The position numbers were made by a program, and so were the translations under genes. Positions 27,340 to 40,250 of a stretch of DNA of 64,000 bases are shown one piece after another (the first letter of the stretch is position 1; the number at the start of each line of letters is the position of its first letter). The notes beneath the pieces were generated by a model that worked only from the letters and a program-made list of their open reading frames with translations, searched no databases and was not told the DNA's origin. Source of the DNA: Phoronis australis (lineage: Eukaryota; Animalia; Phoronida); the NCBI GenBank assembly GCA_002633005.1, contig NMRA01000002.1:765278-829277 (forward strand). Direction: 5' to 3'.

Positions 27340-28140
27340 GGTCAATGTCCATTAAGAACCAGCATGCTCATTGTCCAATCTTGAAGACAATCGTGCCATA
27401 GTTGTTCTGCGAGTCCTCATTTTGACACAGACTTCCCCTCTGGCGGATTGGAAGAGCAGGTTCTTTTACATTGTCAGCTAACTATCTCACTGAAGACCAT
27501 TGATCTACAACGGATAAATGTCATGGTTGATATCGGCTTCTCAAAGGACTCCATGAGGCAGCCATTCTGCAGGAGACTAACTTGAGAACCATTCAGAGCA
27601 ATGCTGGTCTGTACCCACAATCTGGATTGTATAAGGATTCTCAGGACATGTTGTCTCCGAGCTCCATTGGTAGGAGGTACCTTTACACTTTCTGCAGTTT
27701 GTTTAAAGAAGAGGCGCCGTCATAGTTCGGAGATGGACTTGATGTGGACGTTTCTGGCGGAGAAATGCTCAGGTAAAGCTTACCAGAGTGACCAACACAA
27801 GCTGGATCACTTCTGCCTCTAGTGAAAGCATTTGCAGAGAATTAGTATCATCTTTGTCTTTCTTCATCTACACTTGCAGTCATGTTGCTTTGCCTGTACG
27901 AAACAACGTTTCAATGTTGTCAGCATCATGCGACGAATGCAAGGATGGCAAAGCCGTTGCTTCTTCTGCCTGTATGATTCTCCTGGTTAGTTCTCTCACC
28001 ATTACCCCCCATAGGCCGTGGAAATAAGCACTTTCTCAAGCATGAGACCGTCGTGTCCGTAGAAAAAATGCCTGTGCATGGATTCGGTTCCCTTTTGGTA
28101 CCAGGAAAATCTGATGAATCAACAGTGTGTCTGTTTCTAG
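27340..28140 (-). pseudogene. AcademX transposase relic (XPG-like nuclease region)
   Basis: ETDTLLIH...STDT(D)VL...ALPSLHSSHDAD...TGKAT*...L*RRLFFKQTAESVKVPPTNGARRQHVLRILIQSRLWVQ; stops and frameshifts; caaaatggc subterminal motif at ~27140. Confidence 0.8.
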
Positions 28141-28524
28141 AAAAGCAAATATTTCTTAATCGTGTTTTACACTAAAGAAGTGATCATCAGATTAAGTGGT
28201 GGACCGGGGATTTCGGAAAAATGCACCCATCGACAAAAATAGTTCATGGTCACTTTTCAGGAATGAATGAAGGCAAAGCGCCTGTGATCGCCTTTTCAAG
28301 AACATGAAGTACCATAACGCATTCATTACCTTTTCATTTCGTGGTCTTCAATTAGCTAATTACGATTGACAAATGTCGCTTATTTTATTTAATAACCATC
28401 AAACAACCAATAAAATGAAACCATGCTGGTATTTGTTGCACATGATTTTTGTTTTTCGGTTACCACGCATAATACGTTCCATAATTCGCGAAACGATTGT
28501 ACTGCACACATCTAGTATGTGACC

Positions 28525-28625
28525 CATGCGCGCACTCAGGGGGCTCGAACGAGCCTCCCATTTGGCGATGTGGGCAAAAAGGTCCACCTTAGAGAAACAA
28601 AAAGTCCCGGCCGAAAAAGTAGAAA
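28525..28625 (+). mobile_element. Terminal fragment of the CATG-end MITE family
   Basis: catgcgcgcactcagggggctcgaacgagc...caaaaaggtcc...gaaacaaaaagtcc matches the reverse complement of 700-802. Confidence 0.75.
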
Positions 28626-29829
28626 ACGAGACAAAGGTAGGAACTACCAAAATTTGGCGAATGCACAATTTATAGCTCAGAACGTACCCCGTTTTTTCGT
28701 AAGAGGTCCTGGTACTTTTATTAGATTGGACTTTTCTCCATTGCCTTTCTTTATCCCTCTTAGCAATCGGCAGAGAGTCATAACTGTTGTTTCAAATGCA
28801 CGCAGATTTCATCGTAATTCCTTGTGAGAGACATCATTTTGTCGTTAACATAATTTGACTGGCATTGTGGTTAGTGGTTTCTTAGCCATCATCTGCAGAA
28901 CAACCATTCCATCTACCACTGGAGTTGTCCATTTGTGCTTTGCTTACGCAGGGTGACATGACATTAAAGCTCTTGGCGCGAGTAATGTAAAAATGGCCAG
29001 TTGCTGATTTGGGCAAATGAACGAAGGACCGTTCGAAAAAAGTTTGACTGAGAGTATTTGTTCAAACTGAGAACGCCTTCCTAAGATGTCACTCTTCCGG
29101 CGTATGGGAAGACTTATGGGATGGCCATAGTTTCCACTGGAGTCATGAGTTGAGACGGGGGTACTGCGTAGATAAACGACTGACATGGCAGTGCAAACGA
29201 TTCCACATCCAGAGACCGAACTATTGCCGGCAAGCGAGTGGTGTCTAGAGCGTGGGTATGGAATTTGAACCGCTGGTATTGGTGTTTGCTGGTACGGGAC
29301 TAGAGTTATGGGATCGAAGCAATTAGAAACTCGGTCACAGAACCGTTCCCACACCCTGATTACGAATGCAAATAAATACAGGCATCATACTCGACCTTAG
29401 GCTTCTCGCAGGCTTACATTAACCGTGACCTTGGACTAGGAACTGCGCTAACACTGTACTTGCTGTACGTTTTTGTTGCTATGATTTTCTAGGTTGCTGC
29501 GAGTTCAGCAAAACCTTGAAACGAATTTAAAATCGTCGGGTTACCGATCCACCGAGCCAACACTGGCAAGCATTTAGCGCACTGACTTGTTCACGGGAAA
29601 TCTCAGGAGAAATCATTGGCGAAAAACGTATTCTTGACCTGTTGGAGTATTTTTGTTGTTTCTCAAACATTTTCGTTTCATAGAAAACCTGGTACAGCGA
29701 ATGCAACAGTAACGATCTATCTATTACAACATTTCTGTGCACAAGGAGTTTCCATATCGGTAAGTTGTCACTTACACTACTTTTCGAGTTCACCGAGTGA
29801 ACTCACTCTGATTTAAAGAACGCTGATTA

Positions 29830-30881
29830 CTTCAGGGCAAAAGTAAAAAAAAAACTTTGGAAATCGCCTTCAAACATTTTTGTTAGTCAAGTCAAAATGA
29901 GTTCCGCTTTTCAAAGTAGTTTTTCCATACGCTGTCGACGGATTAAGGTTTCCGGAAGTGACGTTCAGGGCCCGAATCATTCCCCGCTATCTCTGTTTAC
30001 ATGCATTTTGGACTGTGTTACAGAGAAACCGGATGCGTCATTGTGTACGCCAACTTGTTACGAGTTACACCATGCTTATCTTTTCTGTTTGTATTATTCA
30101 GTATGCCTGGAAGTTGTTGCAATCGTTACGAACTCATGAACTGAAGGTATAGACTTTCCGTTTCATCGATGTTCAGAGCATGACAAGACCTGTGGGAGTC
30201 CGCTCGTTTGAGTCAAGAATGCAGCGTTGCCCGTTCACCCCACGGCTAAAGCGGTGCAAAAATAGTGTGTGCGCGGCATCATTTGTTGCGGAGAGATAAT
30301 GCACGCAGAGACCATGAACATAGTGTCTGCTAAGCATGTTCTGAAGAAGAATGCAATACTATTGGCCTTACCCTTCTCTGGTCCGTCGCCACTTGCTAGA
30401 GTGCTTCTTTGGAAATTACTGTAGCGTCGCGAGCTGAAACTGCTGTAGGGACACAAGGTCACGAAGTTGTCGTTGTCCGTCCTTGTCAAGAGTCATCGCA
30501 GCGTCCAAGGCCAGCAACCAGCACGGTATCACGGTGTATTTGTAGTCGCCGACACCAGCCATTTCCTGTATATTGCATTAAATTAATGGCTAAATCCCAC
30601 TGAACTGAGGTCTAGTTCAAGCGACTGTACGAGGAAACTCGTGAAAGGCAACGATAACGGCGATGTTTGGAAATTTGTATGCTGTCAACGGATGTCCACA
30701 ATAATTCTTCACACAAGCAATGCTGGTGGGAAGTGATTCGGGTCGCGAATGTCACTTCCGGATTGCTGCATGCACGATCAATTAGAACCCGGGACTGATT
30801 TAATAAGCTTGAAAATTTACCAAAAATATTCACAAAATAGTAATTTAGTAAAACTGTTGCCGAAAACGATTGCCTTCCCCG
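29830..30881. mobile_element. Decayed Kolobok-like element (THAP relic on +, KolX start on -)
   Basis: Right end ttgccttccccg|ttaa; inverted ccggaagtgac at ~29952 and ~30761; MPGSCC..FHR..VC..LKKNAI from 30103 (+); MAGVGD from 30562 (-). Confidence 0.7.
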
Positions 30882-32085
30882 TTAAGTGTTTTCATTGGCG
30901 TTTGCTTAACCTACGCTGGCATCCACATTAATAGTTCCACGTTTAATTGTTAATTCATATTAAAAACTATTAAAAGAACACAAACAAAACGTTATAAAAG
31001 TGATTTTTTATTCACTTTTTTCTTGCTTATGGTTTCTGCAGGCGTATATTTATCTACTTATACGTAAATACTTTTATCAGCTACAGGTACATTCTTACGT
31101 CGTTCTTTGCATACCGTTGATGTGCATTGCAAGTGCTTAAGTGCATAGTAAAACGTTGCCGTTTTGACGCTTCCGTTCACACATTTCTTTAGAGCACTCA
31201 AAAATGTGACAAGGCGTCCCAGTTCTGATTGCAAAATCTTGACGGGTGTCGCTTCATGTACGATTGCGACAAAAGCATCAATAAGCAATGGGCGGATGGA
31301 CACGATAACGTCACATTAAACTCCGACAATAGTTTTATTGTGACAAATGTTTGACTTAACTGTCAAATACTTCTGACAAGATGTTTATCCAACTTTAACA
31401 GGGTCTTATGGCAAGGGTTCTGTCAAAGGTTATTTTGACAACTCTATGTATATAGACTACTTGCAGTTCTCGTACAAGGCAGCTGAACGGTGTAGCTTAA
31501 AGAATTCTTCAGAACTGCGTCAGGCACGCGATTTGTACGTCCAGAATACGATAGGCATGTACACTACTCGCGCAGCGTGGTTCCATTGCTGGGCCATAGG
31601 AAATGTCCCCCAATAGTTTAAAGGCGTCATGGTGAAACTGATGGGGGATCGGCGGAGGCGATGTTACATGAATTCCATTTCGAGTTAAATTCGTTCTTCA
31701 TTTCAGTAGATTTCGCAGCGCGGTAGAAGTTTCACACGTTACTTTTAATACCTCTTAAAAGGATTTTGTGAGTACATCTTTGTGGCACCCCCGGCCCCAC
31801 ATCGCTTCATTAAAGGCGAAGGCAACCTTTTTCCATGTCCTTTTGAGCTAAAATAAGGTTGGTTGGTTATCCTAGACATATTTTCGACTTAATTACAGCT
31901 TTTCGTAATTTTATTAATTACTCGTCCGCTACTGCGGAAGTGACGTTTTAGGAGGCAAGCATTTCGCGCCAATTTCTTTTCATATAGTCTGACTGTGAGA
32001 GCTGCCGAGTCAGTCATTGTTCTATCTCGGTTGTGTTAAGTTCCGTCGTCGTTTGCTTTCATTTACTAGTCAGTCAACATGCCAC

Positions 32086-32855
32086 NNNNNNNNNNNNNNN
32101 NNNNNNNNNNNNNNNNNNNNNNNNNNNNNNNNNNNNNNNNNNNNNNNNNNNNNNNNNNNNNNNNNNNNNNNNNNNNNNNNNNNNNNNNNNNNNNNNNNNN
32201 NNNNNNNNNNNNNNNNNNNNNNNNNNNNNNNNNNNNNNNNNNNNNNNNNNNNNNNNNNNNNNNNNNNNNNNNNNNNNNNNNNNNNNNNNNNNNNNNNNNN
32301 NNNNNNNNNNNNNNNNNNNNNNNNNNNNNNNNNNNNNNNNNNNNNNNNNNNNNNNNNNNNNNNNNNNNNNNNNNNNNNNNNNNNNNNNNNNNNNNNNNNN
32401 NNNNNNNNNNNNNNNNNNNNNNNNNNNNNNNNNNNNNNNNNNNNNNNNNNNNNNNNNNNNNNNNNNNNNNNNNNNNNNNNNNNNNNNNNNNNNNNNNNNN
32501 NNNNNNNNNNNNNNNNNNNNNNNNNNNNNNNNNNNNNNNNNNNNNNNNNNNNNNNNNNNNNNNNNNNNNNNNNNNNNNNNNNNNNNNNNNNNNNNNNNNN
32601 NNNNNNNNNNNNNNNNNNNNNNNNNNNNNNNNNNNNNNNNNNNNNNNNNNNNNNNNNNNNNNNNNNNNNNNNNNNNNNNNNNNNNNNNNNNNNNNNNNNN
32701 NNNNNNNNNNNNNNNNNNNNNNNNNNNNNNNNNNNNNNNNNNNNNNNNNNNNNNNNNNNNNNNNNNNNNNNNNNNNNNNNNNNNNNNNNNNNNNNNNNNN
32801 NNNNNNNNNNNNNNNNNNNNNNNNNNNNNNNNNNNNNNNNNNNNNNNNNNNNNNN
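32086..32855. other. Assembly gap (770 N)
   Basis: Run of N. Confidence 1.
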
Positions 32856-33018
32856 CAGCTGCCTGTGCCTGTGCGTACTCTGCCTCGTTATACTCGGGCT
32901 CAAACATGTACCCACCCACTGAATGTCCGTGAAAAAATTCCTCGTCACCACTGCTGTGAACAAGGTCTCCGTCACTCACACTACTGTCACTGTGATATGG
33001 GTCACCGACTCCAGCCAT
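32856..33018 (-). CDS. Partial 5' end of KolX (P2X7 C-terminal ballast-like) accessory protein
   Basis: MAGVGDPYHSDSSVSDGDLVHSSGDEEFFHGHSVGGYMFEPEYNEAEYAQAQAA; an acidic N-terminus plus YxFEP is typical of KolX; frame is open into the gap. Confidence 0.65.
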
Positions 33019-35735
33019 TTTCAGCTTACAACACACTAAACAATCCCTAAATCCAACCTAGTTGAGTTCTCTACTAACCTATCTTGCCGCAGAATACTCG
33101 CCGATGGAAAGTGGTGGCGACAATTGTTGGAAAACAGCACAAAACAAAAGTAGAATAGAACAGATTCGCACAGTAAAGTCAACGCAAAACCAAGTGGTGG
33201 GAAACGCTTGCCTCCTAAAACGTCACTTCCGGAGCAGCGGACGAGTAATTAATAAAATTACGAAAAGTTGTAATTAAGTGGAAAATATGTCTAGGATAAC
33301 CAACCAACCTTATTTTAGCTCAAAGTGACATGGAAAAAGGTTGCCTTCGCCTTTAAGACTAACCCTAACGGTCACACGAAACACTAAATATGCATAACTT
33401 AGTCAGGTCTAGCTACATTGTACCCGTTCTAGCAAGATTTTGTTGAAAAATGTATACCCAAGTTTCTGACAGATACCTCCTCGGGATTAGCCATCCAAGC
33501 TGCAAAGTCCGCAGACCTATGGCGGTTTGGGGTGCCAAACCATCTTGGGGGAAATGGAAGCGACTGGAGGAAATCGGAACTATGGGAAGACAAAAACAAA
33601 ATTTGGTAAAGTCTCAGTTTTTGCCTCTCCAATAATTACCTTCCTACGGGTTTCCATTAGAGATCATGTTTGCAGGAACACATCCTGAGCTTTCTAAATG
33701 TAATGCAATTCGAACTCATGTGTACATATACATTTGTATGTCATGGTACTTGAGCTGCATGTTTTGTTTTCCGAGACACAAAATCCGTTGAACATACGTA
33801 TACCTACATATTTATTTATTTGAAAACGCTCTCATTCCATCACATGCGGTTGTGCAGTTAATCAGGTCACGTACTCAGGTTTGGACAACAAGTGATTTTT
33901 ACAAATAACTCAATGGGATCAAAACATCAGAAAAAACTACGCATGTACATGACGTTATGTAACTGATAACCTGTGTGAGGGTAAAAGATTAGCCAAAAAT
34001 TTTAAGCCGCCAATAGCACCCAAATTTGTGGTGTGGAGCACCCTATGGGATGGCCATCAACTTTACTGTCGCTTCTCACTTTTCATCAGTCATGATATTA
34101 AATATTGTATACCCCTGTGTAGCCTAACACATGTGCGAAAATCGAAGTCATAACATACACTGTCACGTTTTTGATTGAAAGCTCCCATTGGACTTAACGT
34201 GGTGTGGCGGTGTAAACGAAACGACGGCTAAAGCAATCACATTAGAAAGACAGTTATGGGTGACACAGCTCGAACAATACTTCCAGGAATACGAATACAA
34301 CAATTTTCAAAATAAACAAGACAGCGTCGAAATTCGACAAAGTTTCAGCGACGCACAAACCGCAACTAAATATCCACTTCTTTTTGACTAGAACCCGTTT
34401 CAGTTCCAGCAAATTCTCTACAAAATATGGAGAGGTGTTGCTCCTCGCCCTTTGTCGAAACCGCAACAACTGTCCTTGCTCGTTAATTTTCAAATAGATA
34501 CTTAGCATCCAGGCGCTACAACGTCACATTTAAATCTACTTAAGTTGGACAAAAACGTCATTTTATACCAACAATGTTTGAGTAAATTCATTTTCTAAGC
34601 AAGTGTGGACTTCTGCCCTAAGTCTCTCTACTGTACCTGTACAGTAGTACTAGTCACCATCTCTGAGAAGTTATACTAAACCACATCCTACAGTTACGTA
34701 AGAGAACGACTAATTAAACACAAATACGCAATCAGCGACACAGGCATTAGGGGAAATATTGAAACTCAATGAGTGAGCGAATAATAATGACATATTATGT
34801 GAGGTTATCCTGTAATGATTCCACTCAAGCCTATCAATAACATTGGAGCCAGATTCACAATGTAATTGTTTTTGTGAGTCATGTGTTAAGTCGCGATTGG
34901 GGGAATGGGTGCACAAGTTATAACTTTATTGTACTATGGTCAATTTTGATGCTTTCTGATAATTTGTGAGATTGGCCTGAAGAAGTAGTGAACTCTCATT
35001 TGTTTTGATGTCCTCTAAACGCCTAACCGGAAGAATTTGAGAGCAATTTTATATCGGTAAGTGTCCCAAATAAAAACTTGTTTTTGAACAACTGTAGACC
35101 TTACGCAAACGTTGATTTTTGAGTAACAGCAATGTATGCGCTTGCTGCTATTGATTGGAGCCTGTAATCAGTCCACTCAATGTTATCCCGGTGCGGCAGA
35201 AGATGCTGTTTGACAAGCGTGACATTCGCCCTTCCAGTAATGATTACAGACTCCGCAATCGTTGTTTCAAGTGGAAGTTAACTCGGACAAGCACAGTGGT
35301 GACTGCAACACAAAATCCTGTTTTAAGTTCCGTAGTTGCGCGAATCACGCGAAGGAAGCTAGTGTGGTCACGGCCACGTGCTTGGCCTATAGGGAGATAT
35401 CTCGCGAAGTCTCATGCCAAGAATTGTGCGATGACACTTGGTTTACCTCAAAATCCAACTGCTGCCTGGTGATTTATTAATTGGCCCAGTTATGTTGCAC
35501 ACCCGGCGGAATTGATGAGGAACATATTTTTGCAACCTTAAACAAACGTTATAGGCTGTAAAAGTCACATTTCTTGTCCAGTTTTCAAAAGTCAAAAACC
35601 CTATCACGTATCCTCTTCACAAACTATTCTAGTATCCCATTTACAAACTTTTAAAACCAAAATTTAAAAATACTATTGTCGGTCGCAATGTGTTTATGAT
35701 TGGTCTGGTTACATAGAGAAAGATAACGTCAGCAG

Positions 35736-35916
35736 CCGGAGGCATTTTTATAAACCACAGCAGCACGGGTTCTTTGATCTAAACCGGCAGATTTTATGGT
35801 GTGCACACCGGTCGAGGTGCCCAATCTCGACCGGTTAGGGTGTCTACGTAGGTGTCTTTCATATTGCGTAATCTTGTGTTTTCGTGAGGTTCTTGTGTTT
35901 ATGAAATGCACGCCTG
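35736..35916. mobile_element. MITE with internal hairpin, copy 1
   Basis: Imperfect TIR gcatttttataaac / gtttatgaaatgc; accggtcgag-N9-ctcgaccggt stem; second copy at 46700. Confidence 0.7.
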
Positions 35917-38545
35917 GTGTCATGGCGCTGACATTTGCAGCGTAATTGTCACTACATGAGAGCGATGCGAACTGCAACATACAGACCAGGCTCTGCAGAC
36001 CCTGCAAGTGGCGAGACCGGTTCGACAACAAGTCGGCTCACCAAGAACTGCAAAACAGCTTGAAAATTGAGGAGCTTATGTTAGTCTGTTCAACAGCAGA
36101 CCATCAAAGCATAGTTTTAGATCGAGGTTGACAAATGTACGAGTAAGGGAAGCAGAAGGCATCACGCGCAGTTATCAAAAGCACAAATGATCACTTGCTA
36201 TTGCTTTAGATGCCCTGTTACACACAATAATACCCTGACCTTTCTTCTGAAAGCGGATAATTAACCGGATATGAGTAAAATCATATAAGCAAGTGTTGGC
36301 TTACAAGCTAGGTAAATGACGATTCAACATGCGCATTAAATCTTGCTAAGGCGTGCTACTGATAGCGAAGAGATAAAAGTTTTACAAAGTTTGTCAACAT
36401 TTTCTAAATCTTGGGCAAGACTTTTTAAAATTGTTGTTAAGATTTTTCTCCTGGGATCAAGGGATATCGGATGTCACAGAAGCATTCACCTTAAATTCAC
36501 CTAAAGTCCGTTTCTTCATCCAAAACTAGATGCTTCTTTCAGTAGACGATAGACGGCACCCCAGGACAGAACACAACAGACTGCATAGAAAAGGTACTTG
36601 TCACATGTGCACTGTACTTAGTACGCCCTCTCAGTCAGGTTAGTCCTATCGCAACTCACTGTGGAACGGGCTCCTTACACATATGCCTGACAAACTTGAG
36701 ACTCTATTACTTAGTTTTACAAAACACACAAACCACTACAAACATTATGTATCCCTCATTCACGATGTGCACATTAAATAGTTAATTAAGACCTGGTTGT
36801 TTACCTTACTGCTTAGGAGACTAGGATTCGAGAAGCTTTTAAGCCTTAGCCTCTTCAAACGAATCTTCATAGGCATGCATTACACACGTATATTGGGATT
36901 TGTCAGAAACGGATTTAAAGAGATGATACTAAGTGTTTAGAAAAACATAAATCGAGTTAGGCGCATCGTTAACTTCTTACACCAAGCGGGTCATGCTATA
37001 GGCTGATTAACGCAAACGGCTAATAGCGACTTTTGAAAGATACATGTGACTTCTGTTGTCTATCTGGCTTAGAAGTTCAATTTATCTCCATTCCAGATCA
37101 CTTCCGTATCACATTATGTCAAACAGAAAAAATACGAGTTTATGAATGGTGAACTCAATTATTAGCTAAGCAGAATTGGCTATTAACTTGTTCCGTGTGT
37201 GACAGAAACGTACAATTATTCTTTTTAAGTGTAATTTCTTCGTAACGCCATGTAGTAGACATTCGTTTCCATGTACTTAGGAATAAGATATCACAAAGTA
37301 GACTACAACAATACGCGGGTTGCGTGATACCCAGATTTTTGTGTTTGACGTTCCCGGATTCTGCCCAACAAGCAATGCGACACAAATTCTGCTGCAGACA
37401 CGCTGCGACACTTGCTCATTTGGTGCATCGCAAACCATGTACACTGTTGTTGGTAGGGATAAACAGTAGTTAACGGAATTAACGCAAGGAGGCGCCGCGG
37501 AAATTCAAAGGCCAATCTCAGAAAGACAGCGCAATCTGCTTAAATTCATAACCATCACTCAAATGGTTTAGGGAATCTGCTGCCGCAAAGAAAGTCACCA
37601 AGGGGCCACAAAGCTCACGAGATTCGTCCGAAAATCGGCAAGTGACATGTTTTTTGTTATAAAATTGTATCAACAAAATTTACGGAATTCAAGCGCCATG
37701 GCACGATAAAAACATTGGAAAAACATGAAAAGCAAGCAAGCTTTTTAATAGATCCACACGTGCCTCTACAAAGAGATGCAATTTAGGCTGAATTTCAATA
37801 CACGGAGTGCAACATATCTTATGGTTTACCTGTCGTCTCTGTTTCACAATTTTTTTGCTTCATGGATAATATGCTCGTTCATCTTGGAAATTTTGAGTTT
37901 AACTTTATCCGAACTGACGTAGACCCTACATTAGTATAAAAGGCACATTACAAGATTAGGCACTTCCGACGTGACGAGAATGTCAATTGCTATTCATTAT
38001 GCACAAGAAAACTTATGATTAGAGTAGAAGCAGTGTTCAATGAATTCAACGCAAGCGTGCTTGTTTCTAAAAATTATAAATACAACGGTTAGGCAATTGC
38101 TGTGTTACGTCCACCGACACACACGACACTTACACTAGCATCCCAGAGCACTTCACAAAGAAGAATAAGGTACCAACATCTGATCATTAGAGCAATTGGA
38201 GTGCACTCCAGTATGTACAGGAATTTTTGTCTGCCGCTGCCTGCAGTATGGGTGTAGTCCCCTGGGGACCTTAGATCGAGCTATAGATTAAATATTGAAG
38301 ATACCGGCTTGTCAGGAGAAGCCTGGGACTAGTTTTGGTTCTGTAAGTTTTATTTTGGTGTTCTATTTGTTTAGCAGGTAGTTGACGGAACCCATGGAGT
38401 CAGATATATGTCATTTGATCACAATAGAATGCTAGAGAACACTCCAGGAGAATGTTCCATGGGGGTGAGGCTAGTGATGACGTGATTTGTTTACAACAGA
38501 AAACTAGAGGACATTTTAGGGTAATGGTTCCATCACATCAGTAAT

Positions 38546-38695
38546 CAGTGGCGGATTTAGAGGGGGGCTAAGGGGGCCATGCCCCCCTAAAATTCTCTCA
38601 GATTAAATTTGGTAACTTGGAGAGTAAATGTTTGACGGGCAAAATCCTGGCTAATACTCTGCACCGCCCCCCCAAAATCCTGGATCCGCCCCCTG
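38546..38695. mobile_element. hAT-type MITE (CAGTGGCGGAT/ATCCGCCCCCTG ends)
   Basis: TIRs visible; related inverted copy at 45217-45533 and remnant at ~12030-12157. Confidence 0.8.
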
Positions 38696-39130
38696 GTCAA
38701 GGTTTTGAAGCACTAGCTGGCTCATAGAACAGGCACTACGTAGTAGGTTTTGTTTGAGTAGACTTGAGTACGTGCGGCCGAAATTAATAAAGTGATTAAC
38801 TCGAACCAGTTTTCAGTCTATCGTAGCACCGAAAGCTACTAAACACCGGTCAGCGATAACCTGTGTCCGCCCATCCTTGGAGTAAACCGTGACATATTCA
38901 TTATAAAAAATTGCAAACAGATGCGTGCCGACTAAGTACGTTTTATGAATAAAACGGATAAAAAGACGAATATTGACGCTACACCCATATTAAAACCGCA
39001 ATTTCTTATTTTTTTTTCTTTTCACTCTTTTATTCATATCACGACTACAGTGCAATAAACGTATTAAGTTCTTCATAAGCTCATTCATTCACATATTCCG
39101 ATGAGAAAACAAGTCAGCTTCCTATCTTAA

Positions 39131-40250
39131 GAGTGCAGTGCACTTCAGACCAGACAAAAGCCATGAATGGGTGATACACCCTATGTCACGGATTTGGATC
39201 ATACTATGCGTTGCAGTTTACTCTCTTGTGTTATATTACTAAAATGTAGTTTAAACAATCCCTACTCTGATAAGTAGCACATCAATTTTCACTCAAAATC
39301 AGAGTCAAATTTTACCATGAAATCCCATTTTTGTGGTATTGTAAAAATTATAGAAGCTGCTGGACAGTGAAATAGTTTGTGTTTTGGATTAACTCATCCA
39401 TGGTCTCAGTAATAATAATAATAAATAAAAACCGGAATTGCTTGAAATTTTTAAGAATAACGGGGTCGAAGAAGCAAAAAAACGTGAAAACTTATCCAAT
39501 TTAAGCCTGCGAATTTGAGCTGAAGCCTAATTTTAGACTCTGAAACTTAGTTGTAAGTTTGACCTGTCTTTGTAAAATAGATAGTTTTATGATCGACATA
39601 TGTCCCCAAAACTACCGACGAACTTACGGTATATACAGCAATGAGCCAATGTTTACAGCCACCGCAGACAAACGGAGCACCTGCAGCAGGCACAACTTAT
39701 CAGTGAAAATCCTCAATCTTGATATCTGAAGTGCTCAAAAGTGTTTTTCACAAATTTGGTTCATTTCATAGCACAGATAATGTAGTAAAATTAAAATATT
39801 TGGTTTTCCTGTGAATTACCTTTTTCTTAAGAAGTCCTGCAGTTGCCACTGAGGACACCAAAGGAAAAAATGGCTGCCGAGGAAGATGAAGCAGTCAGTG
39901 TTCACTGGAGTCTTTATGCTAATCTGGTCAGTGGGTCTTCAATGGAATACCCAAACCAGCAAGCAGTTGAAACATTAGATAATAAGTCGACAACAGATCT
40001 TCTGAAACATGTTAAATCAGGCCTCGTCCCGTTCACTGCAGACGGAGAGGCAGCTGAATTTTGCCAGAGTGGGCTTGCTTACCACCGTTTGCTCTCAGAA
40101 TTGACGGTTTGTGGAAAACATCGAGCTCAGTTTGGAATCAGATGGAGACCAAGAAAAACATGTACCCACCCCCAATTGTAGAGTTTGAGTTTGGGGTGTC
40201 AGAAGAAATTTCCCAAAGAAGTGCTCGAGGAACAGAATGTACTGATTGAG
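39131..40250 (+). mobile_element. Probable Sola3-like transposon 5' fragment
   Basis: ttaa|GAGTGCAG terminus at 39131; ORF from 39870 ends LTVCGKHRAQFGIRWRPRKTCTHP (CxxHRxxxGxxWRxxxxCxxP motif, recalled from Sola3-type transposases). Confidence 0.5.

Larger units (their letters stand above)
31814..33352. mobile_element. Kolobok-superfamily DNA transposon, young; interior in an assembly gap
   Basis: TTAA at 31810-31813 and 33353-33356; AGG...CCT ends; ~155-bp near-perfect TIRs; convergent ATGs at 32079 (+) and 33018 (-). Confidence 0.88.

Noticed and set aside
32017-33050. Five ~300-aa ORFs in the ORF track
   Set aside because: Artefacts of translating the N gap; only the flanking real residues are informative
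38214-38498. Solo LTR (TG...CA, aataaa on the minus strand)
   Set aside because: No TSD, PBS, PPT or second copy
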